Shown here piece after piece: positions 60,925 through 64,000 of a DNA stretch of 64,000 nucleotides (within the stretch, counting starts at the first letter, position 1; each line of letters starts with the position of its first letter). The position numbers were made by a program, and so were the translations under genes. Below the pieces are notes generated by a model that saw nothing but the letters and a program-made list of their open reading frames with translations, was not told the origin of the DNA and searched no databases. The stretch is from NCBI GenBank assembly GCA_963720565.1, contig CAVRFW010000008.1, positions 1 through 64,000 of the forward strand. The letters are read 5' to 3'. Source of the DNA: Candidatus Bathyarchaeota archaeon (lineage in GTDB: Archaea > Thermoproteota > Bathyarchaeia > Bathyarchaeales > Bathycorpusculaceae).

Positions 60925-61650
60925 ATGAAAATATTAAACGAGTTTGTTCCAACACGCAAATTTCTGAAGCTAGCGGAAGAAATCAACGGTCTGGTAGACG
61001 GATGGAACGTAACTGACAGCGCAGCTGGATTTCCAGCGCCCAGCGGCACAGTTGTAAGCTGCATTCTCAAGTCTAAGTACCCTGAAAAAATAGTCGTGCC
61101 GATATTCATACTGCACTACAAGGGTCCGGTTGAAGTGGGAGGCTTGGCTTTAGCGTCAGACATAATTGGTCTCGACGGTTTGGCAGTGACCATGGGTGAC
61201 AACCCGAAGTACGGAGAACCGATAAAAATGCTAAAGTCATCCGAAGAAGCCCGAGACTTCCTACGCACATCAGTGAAACTTAAGAATCTAAAGCTAGGCT
61301 GCTTGTTGACAGCACGACGATCTGTGGAAGAGACCCTAGAACGCGTAAGGGGCGCTTGGGACTTTATCTACTTCATGAGGCTAGAAGAAAAAACTTTTCC
61401 GATACTGGAGCAAGTCGCTAAGGAATGCAAACGACTAAACAAGCCAATATACTCTTACTTCCTGGTGGGAACGCCTAAGAACGTGGAAACTGTGAAGATG
61501 ATTGGTTGGCCAGTCACCACAACTATGGACAAAGTGGAAGAAACCGCTGCAAAATTGGACGGCCTCGTCGACGGCATAATAGCAACATGTGCTGGAGATG
61601 CTGAAGGCGACAAAGAGATGCTGCAAAAACTGCAGAAATTCAGAAAGTAG
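60925..61650 (+). CDS. Short methylenetetrahydrofolate reductase-like protein
   Basis: EFVP, NVTDSAAG, TMGDNP resemble MetF motifs; 241 aa. Confidence 0.55.
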   Translation: MKILNEFVPTRKFLKLAEEINGLVDGWNVTDSAAGFPAPSGTVVSCILKSKYPEKIVVPIFILHYKGPVEVGGLALASDIIGLDGLAVTMGDNPKYGEPIKMLKSSEEARDFLRTSVKLKNLKLGCLLTARRSVEETLERVRGAWDFIYFMRLEEKTFPILEQVAKECKRLNKPIYSYFLVGTPKNVETVKMIGWPVTTTMDKVEETAAKLDGLVDGIIATCAGDAEGDKEMLQKLQKFRK

Positions 61651-61942
61651 AACGAAACCTTAACAGTATCTTCATAAGCGGTTCATCTTTCCTTTTTTCT
61701 TCATAATTGTGCGATTCAAGATTTTTTGGGAATAGGCGAAGAATACGCTTTAGAAGCATATCTTGCGACAATACCACCATTTTTTCTGCGACCCGAACCG
61801 AAAACCACAGATACAGTTTCCCAGTGAATGCTAAAGCAAAACAGGATTAACATCAGGCGCAACATTCTTCTTCCAGTATTGCAACCCTAACCCTTATCAA
61901 ATGACTTAATCGTGAACTCATAACAAGAGAAGAGGGGTCTGA

Positions 61943-62707
61943 ATGAGATCTGTAAACGTAATAGCCGTCGAAAACTTACCTCTTATAAAGAAGGGAGATG
62001 ACATTGCTGGACAAATTTTTGACGCCGCTAGAAAGCAGAAAACGCCTATACAGGAAAAAGATGTTATAGTCATAACCCACGTTGCTGTTTCGAAATCAGA
62101 GGGAAACGTCGTCAATCTTGATGAAATTTCTCCGTCGGCGAGGGCAGAAGAAATAGCGCGTCAAACGGGGAAGGATCCAGCGTTGGTCGAGGTAATTCTG
62201 CGCGAAACCAAAGACATCGTACGTTTAGGAAATAACAGCCTCATCACAGAGACTAAGAGCGGAATTGTCTGTGCGAATGCCGGGGTAGACAAGTCCAATA
62301 TTGAGGGCGAAAGGAACGTGGTTTTGCTGCCTGAAAACCCTGACGCTTCTGCCCAGAGAATTAGACACGAAATCATGAGGCTATCAGGTTGTGACGTGGC
62401 GGTAATTGTTTCTGATACTCACGGGAGACCCTTGAGAATGGGAGAGATAAACGTTGCAATAGGAGTAGCCGGATTGAAGCCAATAAGGGATAGACGCGGA
62501 GAAAAAGACCTGTTCGGATATGTCATGAAGATAAAGCAAACTGCAGTGGCTGATGAATTAGCATCTGCCGCTGAACTTGTTATTGGACAAACAAACGAAG
62601 GGATACCCGCAGCAATCATAAGAGGATATGACTATCTCGCAGACGAAAACGTCTCAGCAAGGTCGCTCACAAGACCGAAAGAGAAAGACCTGTTCAGAAG
62701 AACTTGA
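61943..62707 (+). CDS. cofE: Coenzyme F420-0:L-glutamate ligase
   Basis: VSKSEG, CANAGVDKSN, SDTHGRPLR, DLFG, ADELAS. Confidence 0.95.
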   Translation: MRSVNVIAVENLPLIKKGDDIAGQIFDAARKQKTPIQEKDVIVITHVAVSKSEGNVVNLDEISPSARAEEIARQTGKDPALVEVILRETKDIVRLGNNSLITETKSGIVCANAGVDKSNIEGERNVVLLPENPDASAQRIRHEIMRLSGCDVAVIVSDTHGRPLRMGEINVAIGVAGLKPIRDRRGEKDLFGYVMKIKQTAVADELASAAELVIGQTNEGIPAAIIRGYDYLADENVSARSLTRPKEKDLFRRT

Positions 62708-62756
62708 CATGAAGACTGATAACTTGAAAAATAGCTAATTCTCCAAAAAGAAAAGC

Positions 62757-63435
62757 ATGTTGACAAATATCAAGGGGAACAACACGACAAAGGAAACAAC
62801 GAAATCGATCAAAAGAATCAGCGGTGATTTAGCTGAAGCTGGAAGAAGACTTCATCGGACAAGGATTAGTTATAGGAAATAGCGGAAACATCAGCGCTCG
62901 TATACCGGGCACAAATACTCTCTTGATAAAGCCTTCAGGAGTTAGCCTAGAATCGTTGAAACCGGAAGAACTAGTTGTCGTAGACCTTCAAGGAAACAAG
63001 GTTAAGGGAAAAGCAGCTGTTTCTAAGGAAACACCCATACATACTGCAATCTACAGAACTCGAGAAGATGTTCAAGCGGTGGTCCACACGCACCCACCTA
63101 CAGCTACAGCGTTCGGAATAGCGAAGATGGAAATTCTTCCACTACAGATCGAGATGTTCATCCAACTTCCAAATGGAGTCCCCATTATCCCTTTTGAAAC
63201 CCCAGGCTCAAAAGCGCTCGCGGAGAAAATTCAGAAGAAAATTGCGAATTACGACGCTTTGATTCTGGAGAACCATGGAATTGTGACGATTGGCTCAACC
63301 ATTGAAGCAGCTTGCAACTTGAACTTAATGGTTGAGGAGGCAGCAAAAATCCAGTTTCTGGTAATGTCTCTGGAAGGCAAGACCGAAATGAATCTGGCTT
63401 CGCTGAAGAAAAAATTCAAAAAACAGAATCTCTAA
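62757..63435 (+). CDS. Class II aldolase/adducin family protein (frameshift near 62860)
   Basis: GLVIGNSGNISAR, IKPSG, SKETPIH, HTH, LENHG; the N-terminal helix (DLAEAGRRLH) is in another frame. Confidence 0.88.
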
Positions 63436-63465
63436 GAATAGCACAGTATGGAAGACGGATAAAAT

Positions 63466-63795
63466 ATGGAAGCTAAAACCCCTAGAGAGTTTTTCGAGAA
63501 AATTCTGCCGGGAAGATTCAAACCGGATAAGGCAGCAGGTATCGAAGTGACCGTTCAGGTTAGTATCGTCGGAGAAAACGGAGGCGATTGGGTAGTTACA
63601 ATAAGTAACCAGCAGCTAGAAGTGAAAGAGGGAACGCATCCATCTCCCCAACTGCTAGTTAAAATGAAGGAGAAAGACTACCTAGATGTTGTTAACGACA
63701 AGATGAGTGGACAAAATGCCTTTTTCTCCGGCAAACTTCAACTCAAGGGCGACATTATGCTGGCGCTGAGATTGAAAGACATGGGATTTCTCTAG
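63466..63795 (+). CDS. SCP2 sterol/lipid-binding domain protein
   Basis: FKPDKAAG, GENGGDW, AFFSGKLQLKGDIMLA. Confidence 0.9.
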   Translation: MEAKTPREFFEKILPGRFKPDKAAGIEVTVQVSIVGENGGDWVVTISNQQLEVKEGTHPSPQLLVKMKEKDYLDVVNDKMSGQNAFFSGKLQLKGDIMLALRLKDMGFL

Positions 63796-64000
63796 AATTC
63801 AGGAGCGAACGCTTGCTAAGCAATGATTTTTCGCCTTAGACATCACTACGGACATGAAATGTATTACTCAGAAATTACAGCTTATAGAGGCTGCCTCCAG
63901 AATCCGTCACTTCTTAACTTTCGAACAATTTCTGAAGCTTACATCAAGGGGCCAATAACCAAACATAAAGAACAAGAAGCGCCTAATCTTCAAGGGATAC

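Overview
Archaeal chromosome segment, most consistent with Bathyarchaeia (inferred from rpl13e/rpl15e, RNase P proteins, radA, aRqcH, short archaeal purA, cdhABCDE and cofE). (1) 1-8338 is a decaying genomic island at the 3' end of tRNA-Pro(GGG). It holds a tyrosine-integrase C-terminal remnant, an AbrB/PIN toxin-antitoxin pair between duplicated Zn-ribbon ORFs, PadR-linked cargo, a 200-bp tandem duplication and a 483-bp element with 41-bp terminal inverted repeats that carries only a wHTH/Cys4 gene and sits between two truncated genes. (2) 8.6-25.9 kb is mostly core: isf, hcp, htrA, purA, RNase P/ribosomal protein operon with a structured eL15 leader, larA, ard1, rqcH, radA. (3) 25.9-42.5 kb is a cluster of five radical SAM genes (three B12-binding, one SPASM, one HemN-like) with two PQQ-type beta-propeller surface proteins, cbiB, a membrane protein and a stand-alone RnfD-ferredoxin fusion. 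(4) 44-49 kb is a GT2 locus with a candidate structured leader RNA. (5) 49-64 kb holds an LLM oxidoreductase, cooC-cooC-cdhABCDE, ZIP/NikR-like pair, MTHFR-like protein, cofE, class II aldolase and SCP2. Several genes carry single +1 frameshifts that may be assembly errors. All product calls rest on motif recognition by eye; no database searches were run.
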